DNA from: an uncultured Thermoanaerobaculum sp.
GTDB lineage: Bacteria; Acidobacteriota; Thermoanaerobaculia; Thermoanaerobaculales; Thermoanaerobaculaceae
Length of the DNA stretch: 64,000 bases
Direction: 5' to 3'
Assembly (NCBI GenBank): GCA_937934115.1
Contig: CALHAH010000011.1
Location: 15,948-79,947 of the forward strand
Shown: positions 1 to 9,871 of the stretch, one piece after another
Layout of the letters: each line of letters starts with the position of its first letter
Position numbering within the stretch: the first letter of the stretch is position 1
Notes under the pieces: generated by a model
What the model saw: the letters and a program-made list of their open reading frames with translations, nothing else
What the model was told of the DNA's origin: nothing
The model's database searches: none
Made by a program: the position numbers and the translations under genes

Positions 1-620
1 TTGGCTTGCTTGAGGAGGTAGCGAACTCCGTGTTTGGAAGCTGAGTACATTTCCCATTGGGGGTGATCAAAACCCATGTGGCAGGTTTGGCAGGCCTGGG
101 GCTGGCGGGCTTCCACCACGGAAAAGGTGTGACGGGTATGGCAAGCGTCGCAGGAGGCCAAGCCAAAGCCAGCACCGCTGGCTTTGAGCTCTTTGATTTC
201 CTGTTCGCTTTTGAGCCCGATCTTGTGGCACCCCCCACACCCCTTCAGACCTTCGCGCATCGCCACCGGCAAGGCGTGGGTGGTGGGCATGGCCTTCATG
301 GCTGCCCAGGCGAAGGCGTGCTTGCCCCGTTTGAACTGGGCCACCCGCTCTTCGTGGCAGGTGGCGCAGGTCTCTGGTGTGGGGATTGTGGCCTTGGTGG
401 TATCCGCCGCCGAACGGTGTTGGTCACCGTGACACGAGCTGCATTCCACGCCGTTGGCGGCGTGTTTGGAAAGCTGCCAGTCCGCCACCAGCGCCGGCGT
501 CACCGCCTTATGGCAACTTACGCACGAGGCTGGCGTTTTTTCCGCAGGAACCTGGGCGGTGGCGAGTGGGGCCGAACTTCCCCAAAAAGCAAAAACCAAC
601 ATCAACCCCTTGACGTACAT
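1..620 (-). CDS. multihaem c-type cytochrome, HAO/octahaem-like (N-terminal 206 aa only; ORF runs off the left edge)
   Basis: Own reverse-strand translation from ATG 620-618 gives MYVKGLMLVFAFWGSSAPLATAQ (Sec-type signal). Six CxxCH motifs follow (CVSCH, CSSCH, CATCH, CGGCH, CDACH, CQTCH), ending in CQTCHMGFDHPQWEMYSASKHG. There is no stop before base 1, so it is absent from the supplied ORF track. GGAGG lies 5 nt upstream. An in-frame ATG at 686 is an alternative start. Confidence 0.8.
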   Translation of the reverse strand, partial: MYVKGLMLVFAFWGSSAPLATAQVPAEKTPASCVSCHKAVTPALVADWQLSKHAANGVECSSCHGDQHRSAADTTKATIPTPETCATCHEERVAQFKRGKHAFAWAAMKAMPTTHALPVAMREGLKGCGGCHKIGLKSEQEIKELKASGAGFGLASCDACHTRHTFSVVEARQPQACQTCHMGFDHPQWEMYSASKHGVRYLLKQA

Positions 621-716
621 GTTCGCCTCCAGAAGCTCATCCTGCGCTTCAGTATCGGCTACATCCCCGACCACGGCAACGTTCATGCTTTCCTCCTGCA
701 CCTCATTCTGCCTCTC

Positions 717-745
717 AATATCGCTTGCCATGCTGGCCACGTCAA
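717..745 (-). promoter_or_regulatory. sigma-70-like promoter candidate for the cytochrome gene
   Basis: Minus strand reads TTGACG (745-740), 17 nt spacer, GATATT (722-717), upstream of both candidate start codons. Confidence 0.35.
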
Positions 746-795
746 GAGAAGGCCCTCGCAACTTTGCACTTGCGAAGGAAAATACCTCAGCCTGC

Positions 796-3636
796 TCAAA
801 AGGCCTGGGTTTTTTCCAGCTGTAGCAGTGGGGTGAGGTAGCGGCCGGTCCAGCTCTTGGGGTTGTGCGCGACCTGTTCGGGGGTGCCTGCAGCCACGAG
901 AAAACCGCCTTCATCGCCGCCCTCGGGACCTAAGTCAATGATCCAATCCGCGGTTTTGATGACGTCCAAGTTGTGCTCGATGACCACCACGGTATTGCCA
1001 CGGTCCACCAAAGTGTGGAGCACCGAGAGTAGCTTTTTCACGTCGTCAAAGTGCAAGCCGGTGGTGGGCTCGTCCAAGATGTAAAGGGTTTGACCGGTAG
1101 CCCGGCGGGCCAGCTCCCGGGAAAGCTTGATGCGCTGGGCTTCGCCGCCGGAAAGGGTGGTGGCCGGCTGGCCCAGCTTGATGTAACCCAAGCCCACGGC
1201 CATGAGGGTGTCCAGGATGCGGGTGATATGGGGGTGGGCGGAGAAAAGCTCCCTGGCTTGCTCCACCGTAAGGTCCAAAACGTCGGCAATGGACAGGCCC
1301 TTGTAATGCACTTCCAGCGTTTCCCGGCTGTAGCGCCGCCCCTTGCACACCTCGCAAGTGACGTACACATCGGGGAGGAAGTGCATCTCGATTTTGATTT
1401 GCCCTTCACCGGCGCAGGCTTCGCAACGGCCGCCGCGGACGTTAAAGGAAAAACGACCCGGCTTGTACCCTCGCGCCCGCGCTTCGGGAGTCAAGGCGAA
1501 GAGCTCGCGGATGGGGTCGAAGACCTTGGTGTAGGTGGCGGGGTTGGAACGCGGCGTGCGACCGATGGGCGATTGGTCAATGGCTACCACTTTGTCTATA
1601 AACTGGAGGCCTTCCAGGCGATCGTGGGCGCCGGGAAGCTCCAAGGCCCGGTAGAGGCTGCGGGCACAGGCCTTGTAAAGAATTTCGTTGACGAGCGTTG
1701 ACTTTCCCGAGCCGGAAACACCGGTGACGCAAATGAAGGTGCCCAGCGGAAAGGCCACGGTGAGATTTTTCAAGTTGTGCTCGCGGGCCCCATAAACGAT
1801 GAGCTTCTTGCCATTACCAGCACGGCGTTTTTGCGGGACGGGGATGAATAGCTCGCCGGCCAAGTAGCGGCCGGTGAGAGAGCGGGGAAAGGAAGGGATG
1901 ATCTCCGGCGGACCCTCAGCCACCACTTCCCCGCCGTGAATACCTGCCCCCGGTCCCAGGTCTACGATCCAATCGGCCTCGCGCATGGTTTCCTCGTCGT
2001 GCTCCACCACTAGCACGGTGTTGCCCAAATCGCGCATCCCTTTGAGGGTGGCGAGGAGCTTGCGGTTGTCCCGTTGGTGCAAGCCAATAGAAGGCTCATC
2101 GAGAACGTACAGCACACCCATGAGCTTGGAGCCAATTTGCGTGGCCAAGCGGATGCGTTGTGCTTCGCCGCCGGAAAGGGTACCTGAGGTGCGGGAAAGC
2201 GTGAGGTAATCAAGCCCCACCGCTGCTAAAAATTCCAGGCGATCTTTGATTTCCTTGAGGATCTTGCCAGCAATGTGCTGCTCCCGGGCGGTGAGTTCGA
2301 GGTCTTGGAAAAACTTCAAGCTGTCTCGCACCGACAGCTCCACCACATCGTGAATGCTCTTGCCGCGCAGCTTCACCGCCAGCGCCTCTCGCCTTAGGCG
2401 CCGTCCACCGCAGGCAGGGCAAGGCTTTTGCGACATGAAGCGCTCAATTTCCGCCCGCACTTCCGGCGAACGGGTTTCTCGGTACTTGCGCTCCAAGGCG
2501 GGCACCAAGCCCTCAAACGGGGCCCTGTACGCCCAAGTGGAGCGTTCCCCCACAAATTCGAAGTGCAACTCTTGCGTGGTGCCGTAAAGGATGGCCCTTT
2601 GTACCGTGGCGGGTAACTTGTACCAGGGAACGTGCAAGGAAAAGCCCAAAGCCTTGGCAAGGGTTTGCAGCTGCCGCCACCTAAAAGAACGGCCTGACTC
2701 GGCAAGGCCGGCCACGGCTCCTGCGGCCAGAGAGCGTTGGGGGTCAAGTATAAGCTTGGCAGGGTCAATTTCTTGCACGCTCCCCAAACCGGTGCAGGAG
2801 GGACAGGCCCCTTGGGGGGAGTTGAAGGAAAACAAGCGCGGCGAAAGTTCAGAAAGGGAAAAACCGCACTGGGGGCAAGCGTGACGGGCGGAAAGCACGA
2901 ACTCCTCGCGTTCTTTGGGGGCTATGCGCACCAAGCCTTCTCCCACACGCAGGGCGGTTTCTAAAGAATCAGCCAAACGTGGGGCCAGCTCCTGGCGAAC
3001 CTCCAGACGGTCAACGACCACTTCAATGGTGTGCTTTTTCTTCTTGTCCAGCTCAGGGGGGTTGGCCACCTCCACAATTTCGCCGTTAACCCGGGCGCGC
3101 ACAAAACCTTCCCGCACCATTTGCGCGAAGAGCTTGCGGTGCTCGCCCTTTTTGGCTTGGGTGAGGGGGGCTAGCACCAAGAAGCGGGTGCCGGGGGGCA
3201 TGCTTAGGATGCGGTCCACCATTTGTTGCACCGTTTGTCCGGCGATGGGGATGTGGCAGTCGGGGCAAAACACTTCGCCAATGGACGCGTAGAGCAAGCG
3301 TACGTAGTCGTAGACTTCGGTGACCGTGCCCACGGTGGAACGCGGGTTTTTAGATACGGTTTTCTGCTCAATAGAAATGGCGGGGGACAGGCCCTCAATG
3401 ACGTCCACGTCGGGCTTGTCCATTTGCTCGAGAAACTGCCGGGCGTAGGCGGAAAGGGATTCCACGTAGCGGCGCTGCCCCTCGGCAAACAGCGTGTCAA
3501 ACGCCAAGGAGGACTTTCCCGAACCAGAAACCCCGGTGATGACCACGAGCTTGTTGCGAGGGATGTCCACGTTGAGGTTCTTGAGGTTGTGTTGGCGAGC
3601 ACCGCGAACTGAGATGAAGTCTTTCATTTTTCCCAC
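796..3636 (-). CDS. uvrA: excinuclease ABC subunit A
   Basis: 946-aa ORF with two ABC modules (Walker [11 protein letters not shown] and [10 protein letters not shown]; LSGGEAQR signature twice) and CxxC zinc modules. Typical UvrA length. Start is GTG 3636 or ATG 3627. Confidence 0.97.
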   Translation of the reverse strand: MGKMKDFISVRGARQHNLKNLNVDIPRNKLVVITGVSGSGKSSLAFDTLFAEGQRRYVESLSAYARQFLEQMDKPDVDVIEGLSPAISIEQKTVSKNPRSTVGTVTEVYDYVRLLYASIGEVFCPDCHIPIAGQTVQQMVDRILSMPPGTRFLVLAPLTQAKKGEHRKLFAQMVREGFVRARVNGEIVEVANPPELDKKKKHTIEVVVDRLEVRQELAPRLADSLETALRVGEGLVRIAPKEREEFVLSARHACPQCGFSLSELSPRLFSFNSPQGACPSCTGLGSVQEIDPAKLILDPQRSLAAGAVAGLAESGRSFRWRQLQTLAKALGFSLHVPWYKLPATVQRAILYGTTQELHFEFVGERSTWAYRAPFEGLVPALERKYRETRSPEVRAEIERFMSQKPCPACGGRRLRREALAVKLRGKSIHDVVELSVRDSLKFFQDLELTAREQHIAGKILKEIKDRLEFLAAVGLDYLTLSRTSGTLSGGEAQRIRLATQIGSKLMGVLYVLDEPSIGLHQRDNRKLLATLKGMRDLGNTVLVVEHDEETMREADWIVDLGPGAGIHGGEVVAEGPPEIIPSFPRSLTGRYLAGELFIPVPQKRRAGNGKKLIVYGAREHNLKNLTVAFPLGTFICVTGVSGSGKSTLVNEILYKACARSLYRALELPGAHDRLEGLQFIDKVVAIDQSPIGRTPRSNPATYTKVFDPIRELFALTPEARARGYKPGRFSFNVRGGRCEACAGEGQIKIEMHFLPDVYVTCEVCKGRRYSRETLEVHYKGLSIADVLDLTVEQARELFSAHPHITRILDTLMAVGLGYIKLGQPATTLSGGEAQRIKLSRELARRATGQTLYILDEPTTGLHFDDVKKLLSVLHTLVDRGNTVVVIEHNLDVIKTADWIIDLGPEGGDEGGFLVAAGTPEQVAHNPKSWTGRYLTPLLQLEKTQAF

Positions 3637-3692
3637 CCAAAAAGGGTATTGTATCTTGAGCGGCCGTTTTTTTAAGCCGCAGGGGGTGCAGG

Positions 3693-4235
3693 GTGGAGGA
3701 AGACCTCAAAGGAGAGCTGCGCTTTGCCGGCAAGCTGGTGACCGTGGAGGTGCACCGCGTGCGTTTGGGAAACGGGCAAGAGGCGGTACGGGAGGTGGTG
3801 CGGCACCCGGGAGCGGTGGTGATCCTGCCGGTTATGCCCGACGGCACGATCGTCTTCGTGCGGCAGTTTCGTTTTGCGGTGGGCGAAGCTCTGTGGGAGT
3901 TGCCCGCCGGCACCTTGCACCCAGAAGAAAACCCTTTTGCTTGCGCCCAAAGGGAACTGGCGGAGGAGACAGGCTTTTGCGGCGAGCTTGTGCCCCTGGG
4001 GGAGTTTTACTCGGCACCCGGCTTTTGCAACGAGAAGCTTCACTGTTTTTTGGCGCGCCGGCTGGAAGCAGGAGAAACGATGTGGGATGAAGATGAGGAG
4101 CTGGAGCTGGCGACGTTTACCCCGAAGGAGCTGGCCTCGGCCATCAAAAAAGGCCACATCCGTGACGCCAAGACGTTGGCTTGCCTTTTTCTGGCGCAGC
4201 TGGCTGGTTTGCTGTCTTTGCCCGCAGGTACGTAA
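3693..4235 (+). CDS. NUDIX hydrolase (ADP-ribose pyrophosphatase-like)
   Basis: Nudix box [23 protein letters not shown]; 180 aa. Confidence 0.85.
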   Translation: MEEDLKGELRFAGKLVTVEVHRVRLGNGQEAVREVVRHPGAVVILPVMPDGTIVFVRQFRFAVGEALWELPAGTLHPEENPFACAQRELAEETGFCGELVPLGEFYSAPGFCNEKLHCFLARRLEAGETMWDEDEELELATFTPKELASAIKKGHIRDAKTLACLFLAQLAGLLSLPAGT

Positions 4236-4246
4236 CGTGCCTGTGG

Positions 4247-4693
4247 CTACCTGTAGTGCTTCAGGGCAGCTTGCGCTTCCCGGGAAAGCTCCCGCCGTTT
4301 GAGGGTTTCCCGCTTGTCGTGAAGCTTTTTGCCCTTGGCTAAGGCAAGCTCCACCTTGATCCAGTTGCCTTCTAAACCAATGACCAACGGGATGAGGGTC
4401 AAGCCCTTTTCTTGCACCTTCCCCCATAAGCGCTTGATTTCCCGCTTGTGGAGCAAGAGCTTGCGGGCGCGCATGGGGTCGTGGCCGGCGTAGCCAGCGT
4501 TGGCATACGGCGCGATGTGCACGTTTACCAAAAACGCCTCTCCGTTTTCAAAGGCCACGTACCCGTCTTGGAGGTTGACGCGACCTTCCCGCACCGACTT
4601 TACCTCGCTGCCGGTGAGGGCAATCCCCGCCACCAGGCGTTCCAAGAACTCATACTCGAAGCGCGCCTTGCGGTTTTGCGCCAGCACCTTCAT
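4247..4693 (-). CDS. smpB: SsrA-binding protein
   Basis: 148 aa. MKVLAQNRKARFEYEF...TGSEVKSVREGRVNL...LLLHKREI is typical SmpB. 4-nt overlap with the upstream gene stop. Confidence 0.95.
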   Translation of the reverse strand: MKVLAQNRKARFEYEFLERLVAGIALTGSEVKSVREGRVNLQDGYVAFENGEAFLVNVHIAPYANAGYAGHDPMRARKLLLHKREIKRLWGKVQEKGLTLIPLVIGLEGNWIKVELALAKGKKLHDKRETLKRRELSREAQAALKHYR

Positions 4694-6156
4694 GCCCCTA
4701 CCACCTTGAGAAGCACCGGCACGAGGTTAGGGTCGAACTGTTTGCCGGCTTCCTTTTCGATGGTTTGCACCGCTTGTTCCCGGCTTACCGGTCTTTTGTA
4801 GGAGGCGGGAGAGGTGAGCACGTCCCAAACCTCGGCCAAATGCACGATGCGGGAGACAAAGGGGATGGCGGGGCCCGAAAGCTGCTGGGGGTAACCGCTG
4901 CCATCCCAGCGCTCGTGGTGGTGGCGCACGGCCTCGGCCAGCCCCGGGTAGGCGGTTTCTTCCAGGATTCGTGCCCCCACCACCGGGTGGCGTTGGTAGA
5001 GGCGCCGCTCCATTTCCGGGGGCTTTTCCAAGCGGTAAATCCGCTGGTAATCCAACTCCCGCATGCCCACATCGTGAAGGTAGCCGGCAAGCGTCACCAG
5101 CTCTTCCTCGTCATCGCTTAAGCCCAATTCCTGCGCCATCTTTTGCGAAAGCTCCGAAACCGCCTGGCTGTGCTGGCGCAAATGTGGGAAACTCAAGTCG
5201 CCCGGTTCCAAAAGCACTCGCGCCAGGTTGCGCACGGCGCGGCGCAGAGTTTGCTCGCGCTGGGCCAGCTCCCATACGCCGTTTATGACCGAAAACCAGG
5301 ACGACACCGAACCGCCGGCTGGGGCCAGCAGCGAAACTAAGACCACCAAACCATCGCGGGCCAAAACCGTGGTGCGGATTTCTTCCCGTCGTACCTCGTG
5401 CCCGTGGGAAGGGCGTTCGGTAAACGACCAGCGGGAAGGCTCAGGCAACGTCAATCCGGCTTGTGCGGCTACCTCATGTTGGTGTCGGGCCAGGGCTTCG
5501 CGCTCGCTTGCCTCGAGGGGGGTTGGCGAAAAAAAGAGGGAGCGGACCGTAGTCCCCTCCACCACTGTCACCGCCACACCACCTACCCCTTCTCCCTGCG
5601 CCACGGCCCCACATAGCCCTGTGAGCTTTTCCAGTGCTTGTGGAAACCTAAAGGCCTTAACCAGCTGGGGCTTAGTCTCGCCGGCAACGGGGGGAGGAGG
5701 AGGCGCCACGAGCCCCACTTCTGCCAAGACCTCCAGCAAGCGCCCACCGATGGCTTTGGCTCTTTGGAGCTCTTCCGGGCCGTAACTCTTTTTACCAGCT
5801 CGGTCCCTGGCGTCCACAAACCCGATGAGCGCATCGCCACTGATGAGCGGCACGGTGAGCAGCGTAGTGCTTCCAGAAAGCTTGAGGATTTCGGCCAAGG
5901 CCGGCTCGCTTTCGGGGTCAGCCAAAACTGCGGGAGTGGTTCGGTGTCGGCGCACCCAATGGTACAGGGGATGGTCAGGTGGAACCTCGGCGAGAATGGC
6001 CTCACGGCGGCCAAAGCCGTAACTCTCCACGAGCTCGAAAGCTCCGCGGTCGCCCTGAAGGTAAAGGGCGGCTTTCGTGGTTTGCAGCTCTTCCAAAAAC
6101 CGGTATAAAACCTCCTTTAAGTGCCGTACCGCCTCTGGGTCCAACGGGGGCAACAT
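4690..6156 (-). CDS. GAF domain-containing HD-GYP phosphohydrolase (putative c-di-GMP phosphodiesterase)
   Basis: N-terminal GAF-like regions, then LAGYLHDVGM ... HHHERWDGSGYP (HD-GYP signature). Confidence 0.85.
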   Translation of the reverse strand: MLPPLDPEAVRHLKEVLYRFLEELQTTKAALYLQGDRGAFELVESYGFGRREAILAEVPPDHPLYHWVRRHRTTPAVLADPESEPALAEILKLSGSTTLLTVPLISGDALIGFVDARDRAGKKSYGPEELQRAKAIGGRLLEVLAEVGLVAPPPPPVAGETKPQLVKAFRFPQALEKLTGLCGAVAQGEGVGGVAVTVVEGTTVRSLFFSPTPLEASEREALARHQHEVAAQAGLTLPEPSRWSFTERPSHGHEVRREEIRTTVLARDGLVVLVSLLAPAGGSVSSWFSVINGVWELAQREQTLRRAVRNLARVLLEPGDLSFPHLRQHSQAVSELSQKMAQELGLSDDEEELVTLAGYLHDVGMRELDYQRIYRLEKPPEMERRLYQRHPVVGARILEETAYPGLAEAVRHHHERWDGSGYPQQLSGPAIPFVSRIVHLAEVWDVLTSPASYKRPVSREQAVQTIEKEAGKQFDPNLVPVLLKVVGA

Positions 6157-6193
6157 AGGGCCTCCAAGGGGCAGTGTAGCACCGGCGCGTCTG

Positions 6194-6229
6194 TTGCAAA
6201 AAAACCACAGCCTTGCAGGAAAACCACAG
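6194..6229. repeat. tandem direct repeat, 2 x 17 nt (TTGCAAAAAAACCACAG / TTGCAGGAAAACCACAG), period 19 nt
   Basis: Read directly: 6194-6210 and 6213-6229 are identical at 15 of 17 positions. They lie in the divergent intergenic region between the HD-GYP gene and lpxC. Confidence 0.7.
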
Positions 6230-6296
6230 TATTAGTTGCCTTAAGCCGCCCCAGACATGGCATAAAACTCGCAAGGTCAAGCTCGGGGAGGCGAGC

Positions 6297-7208
6297 ATGG
6301 CCTGGCAGCGCACACTAGCGCGGGCGGTAGAAACCGAAGGTGTGGGGATTCATAGCGGGGAAAACGTGAAGTTGCGGCTGCGGCCTGCGCCCATGGGTAC
6401 GGGAGTGGTTTTTGTGCGCACCGATTTGGGGGTGGCCATCCCTGCCCGCGCTGAGCACGCCCGCGATTTTTCCTTTGCCACCACCATCGGCATGCGTGGC
6501 GCCGAAGTGGGCACCATCGAGCACTTGATGTCGGCCCTGTACGCTTTGGGCATCACCAACGTGTTTGTGGATGTTTCTGGACCGGAAGTGCCGGTTGTGG
6601 ACGGCTCGGCCTTGCCTTTTGTGCAAATGATTACGAGGGCAGGCGTCATGGAACAGCCTGGTTCCTTCCCAGAAGTGCGCTTGCTTAAGCCCGTCCGTGT
6701 GGAGGACGGCGATCGCTTTGTGGAGCTGCACCCTGCGGATACCTTTTCCGTGGACTACCGCGTTCGGTATAAAGCGCCGGTGGTGGGGGAACAACGCCTG
6801 ACCTTTACGGTGTCTCCCGAACGCTACGCCTCCGCCATTGCCCCAGCTCGCACCTTTGGCTTCCTCTCCGACGTAAAAGGGCTTCGCGACCGGGGTTTGG
6901 GACGGGGTGGGAGCCTTGCCAACTGCGTGATCGTAGATGAGCACCGTGTGCTCTCCGGGCGCTTGCGTTTCCGGGATGAGTTTGTGCGTCACAAGGTCCT
7001 GGACCTTATTGGCGATTTGGCGCTTTTGGAGTACCCGTTGCGCGCTCACGTGGTGGCACACAAGGCTGGCCACGCCCTGCACGTGGCGGCGGTGCGCGAG
7101 CTGCTGGCCCAGCCAGAAGCTTGGGAACTTTTTGAGCCGCAACGGGTGACCCCGCTTTCCGTGCACCCCTTTGCCCTGGAGCCGGCAGCCCAGGCGGTGG
7201 CCGGCTAG
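6297..7208 (+). CDS. lpxC: UDP-3-O-acyl-N-acetylglucosamine deacetylase
   Basis: MAWQRTLARAVETEGVGIHSGENVKLRLRPAP..., HKVLDLIGDL and HKAGHALH motifs. GGGGAGG lies upstream of ATG 6297; the track ORF begins earlier at TTG 6213. Confidence 0.93.
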   Translation: MAWQRTLARAVETEGVGIHSGENVKLRLRPAPMGTGVVFVRTDLGVAIPARAEHARDFSFATTIGMRGAEVGTIEHLMSALYALGITNVFVDVSGPEVPVVDGSALPFVQMITRAGVMEQPGSFPEVRLLKPVRVEDGDRFVELHPADTFSVDYRVRYKAPVVGEQRLTFTVSPERYASAIAPARTFGFLSDVKGLRDRGLGRGGSLANCVIVDEHRVLSGRLRFRDEFVRHKVLDLIGDLALLEYPLRAHVVAHKAGHALHVAAVRELLAQPEAWELFEPQRVTPLSVHPFALEPAAQAVAG

Positions 7209-7268
7209 TCGTCCTTGCCGGTATCGGGAATCGCCTTTTCCCCTTCCCTGTGGTAGTTTTGCCACACC

Positions 7269-7769
7269 ATGGTGGCCGTGCTTGTGCTCCTGGCAGCCAC
7301 GGCAGTACCGGAGCTGGAGGTGAACCTCACACCGGCGCCGGGGAGGCTGTTGGTGCAAATTACTGTGCAAAAAGCCATCCCCCAGGAGTGGGTGGAAGGG
7401 CTAGCGGGCGGGGCGCCGGTGGCGGTGACCTACCGCATGAAGATCTTTCGCAACCGCCGCTTCCTTTGGGACCAGAGACTTGCCAGCCACGAGCTAGTGG
7501 TGCGGGCGCAAAAGGACCCGGTGAGCGCAGTGATCTCGCTGCAGGCGGAACTGGACGGCGAGGTGCTGGCTTCTTCCCAAACCTCCAAGCTTGAGCAAGC
7601 GCTGCAGTGGGTTTCTCACCCACCTACGGTGGAGCTTCCCATTCCCCTGCACCACGAGCCCCTGTGGCTTTTGGTGCGCGCTGAGTTCCTTACCCGGTAC
7701 AAGCTTTTGGTCATCCCGGTGACGGAGGGTACGGAGTGGGTGACGCGCGCAGTACCGGAGGCGCCGTGA
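7269..7769 (+). CDS. DUF4390-like exported protein (family that precedes ntrY in other bacteria, from memory)
   Basis: 166 aa with a hydrophobic N-terminus. Its stop overlaps the GTG start of the downstream NtrY-like kinase (GTGA). Confidence 0.55.
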   Translation: MVAVLVLLAATAVPELEVNLTPAPGRLLVQITVQKAIPQEWVEGLAGGAPVAVTYRMKIFRNRRFLWDQRLASHELVVRAQKDPVSAVISLQAELDGEVLASSQTSKLEQALQWVSHPPTVELPIPLHHEPLWLLVRAEFLTRYKLLVIPVTEGTEWVTRAVPEAP

Positions 7770-9871
7770 AACCCTGGCGTCGCTCATGGCTGCGTTGGCG
7801 GCGGCAAAGCCGTTTTCTTTTGGGTGTGTACCTGGTGCTGGTGGCGCTGGGAGCCGCGCTTTATGCGCTGGTTTCCAGGCTTCGCCAAGTGCCAGCCGAG
7901 GAGCTCACCAACCGCCTGTTGGTTTTCCTTCTCACGCTTTTCGACCTCACGCTCATGGTGGTGGTGCTCTTCGTGCTTTTGCGCAGTGCGTTCAAGCTCT
8001 TCGTGGAGCGCCGACTGGGCATCATTGGCTCCCGTTTCCGCATGAAGCTGCTCATCTCCTACCTGCTTTTGACCTTGGTGCCGGCGGCGCTTATCTCGCT
8101 TTTGGCCGCTTCGCTGTTTTCCCACTTGGCTTCCTCTTGGTTTTCGGAACCGGTGGAAGCGGTGGTAGAAGCTGGGGCGAGGCTGGTCGAGGGTGTGCGC
8201 CGGGAAAGCGAGGAGCGCAGCCTGCGCTGTGCCCAAGCCATGGCCGCGCACCTTTCTGCCGTGGAACCGCGACGGCGAGCGGCAGAGCTGGAGCGGTTGC
8301 ACTTTGCGGGAAAAAACCATCTTTCCGCTTTGTTTGGCAAGGAAACGCCCTTGGTGGAGGTGCACGACCCTTCAAGGACAGCGGCCTTGAGGTTGCCGGC
8401 CATTTCCCCTGCCGAGCTGCGGGTCGTGGGGAGCAGGGTGGACCGGGTGTCCCGGGTGGTCGTGGTGCGGGCGTGGGTGCCCTTGCCCGATGGCGCGGTG
8501 GTCCTATGTGGGGAGGTTTGGCGCGAGGATGTGGCGGCAGCACAAGCTCGGTTGGCGCAAGCGGCCGCTTCGTATCAGGCCCTCAAACTGCAACGGCCGG
8601 CCATCACCGCCACCCTCGTGCTCTCCTTTGCGGGCATCGCCCTGGTGGTGGTTTTTGCTGCCGTGTGGGCCGGCCTTTACCTTTCCCGGTCCTTTACCGA
8701 GCCTTTGATGGCGTTGGCGGCCACGACGGCTGCGGTAGCGGAGGGTGCTGAGCTGGCCGAGGTGCCGGTACCTGGGGAAGACGAGGTGGCGCTGTTGGTG
8801 GCCTCCTTCAACTCCATGGTTCGCCGGTTGCAGGCCCAGGAGCGGGAGCTGCGGGCAACGGTGGCGCGACTGGACGCGGTGCTAGGGGCCATCCGTGCTG
8901 GCATTCTTTGGCTCAATCGCGAGAAGAGCGTGGTGCGGGGCAATCCGGCGGCGGCTGCCATGCTGGGGTTGCCGGCCCTCTGCGAGCAAAGCGTGCCCTT
9001 GGCCACTTTGGACGAACACGGCCTGGGACGGCTTACAGAGGTCATGGCGTCTGCCGCTTCCGGTTATCGGAGCTCGTTAACCATTTACCCGGGCGGCGTT
9101 GCTAAGCACCTGGAGGTAACGGTGGTGGCTTTAGGCCAGGGGCCGGAGGTTTCCGGCTGGGTGGTGGCTTTGGAGGACATCACCCAGTTGCTGCGGGCGC
9201 AAAGGCAGGCTGCTTGGAGCGAGGTGGCCAGGCAAATTGCGCACCAAATAAAAAACCCTCTCACTCCCATTCGCTTGGCAGCGGAGAGAATTGCCCGCCA
9301 CTCCGCCCAGAACCGCGAAGACCTGGCGGAGGTAATTTCTACGGGGTGCCGAGCGATTGTGGATCATGTACGGTCCATGCAGGAGCTCTTGGATGCCTTT
9401 TCACGCTACGCCAAGCTTCCTCCCGTGCAACGTCGGCCGGTGGACGGGGACGAGTTTTTCCAGCAAGTGGTGCGTCTCTACCAGGGGGTAAAACCTGGGG
9501 TGGAGGTGAAGCTGGAAACCTCCCTTTCCCCGCGCCGGGTGTGGCTGGACCGGGACCTATTCCGGCAAGTGGTGGTCAACCTCCTGGATAACGCCTTGGA
9601 AGCCTCCAAACCACCGGCAGAGGTGCTGGTGCGGGCTTTTTGGGAGGGGGACGAGATGGTTTTGGAGGTGCTGGATCGGGGGCCCGGCTTGCCGGTGGAG
9701 GACCCGGAGTTGTTGTTTCAGCCGTTTTTTTCCTCCAAAGGCCGGGGCTCGGGGGTGGGCCTGGCGGTGGTTTTGCGCGTTGTCACCGACCACGGCGGCA
9801 GCGTGCGGCTTTTGCCGCGGGAGGGAGGGGGCGTGCGCGCGGTGGTACGCATCCCGGGGGGTGAGCCGTGA
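7766..9871 (+). CDS. ntrY: NtrY-like sensor histidine kinase (multi-TM, HAMP, PAS, HisKA, HATPase)
   Basis: Four hydrophobic segments, a HAMP-like linker, H-box AHQIKNPLTPI, N-box LLDNALEA, G boxes DRGPGL and GSGVGLAV. Confidence 0.85.
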   Translation: MKPWRRSWLRWRRQSRFLLGVYLVLVALGAALYALVSRLRQVPAEELTNRLLVFLLTLFDLTLMVVVLFVLLRSAFKLFVERRLGIIGSRFRMKLLISYLLLTLVPAALISLLAASLFSHLASSWFSEPVEAVVEAGARLVEGVRRESEERSLRCAQAMAAHLSAVEPRRRAAELERLHFAGKNHLSALFGKETPLVEVHDPSRTAALRLPAISPAELRVVGSRVDRVSRVVVVRAWVPLPDGAVVLCGEVWREDVAAAQARLAQAAASYQALKLQRPAITATLVLSFAGIALVVVFAAVWAGLYLSRSFTEPLMALAATTAAVAEGAELAEVPVPGEDEVALLVASFNSMVRRLQAQERELRATVARLDAVLGAIRAGILWLNREKSVVRGNPAAAAMLGLPALCEQSVPLATLDEHGLGRLTEVMASAASGYRSSLTIYPGGVAKHLEVTVVALGQGPEVSGWVVALEDITQLLRAQRQAAWSEVARQIAHQIKNPLTPIRLAAERIARHSAQNREDLAEVISTGCRAIVDHVRSMQELLDAFSRYAKLPPVQRRPVDGDEFFQQVVRLYQGVKPGVEVKLETSLSPRRVWLDRDLFRQVVVNLLDNALEASKPPAEVLVRAFWEGDEMVLEVLDRGPGLPVEDPELLFQPFFSSKGRGSGVGLAVVLRVVTDHGGSVRLLPREGGGVRAVVRIPGGEP

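Noticed and set aside
57-836. Track ORFs 57..836 (+), 184..432, 377..613 and 454..825, which look like the only genes at the left edge
   Set aside because: Their products are low-complexity Gly/Ala/Arg/His-rich strings with no motifs. The opposite strand encodes a clean signal peptide plus six CxxCH haem motifs. They are shadow frames of the cytochrome gene.
3637-3692. Search for a LexA/SOS box in the uvrA-nudix divergent region
   Set aside because: I found no CTGT-N8-ACAG or other LexA-type palindrome that I know. There is only a weak TACAAT -10-like box on the minus strand, which is not enough to call.
6315-7370. 351-aa minus-strand ORF opposite lpxC; likewise 10306..11418 opposite ntrX, 25921..26979 opposite tonB, 50674..51546 opposite the REC-HK gene, and 55638..56345 opposite rlmI
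   Set aside because: All have His/Arg/Gly/Pro-biased, motif-free products and lie fully inside strongly supported genes on the other strand. They are shadow ORFs.
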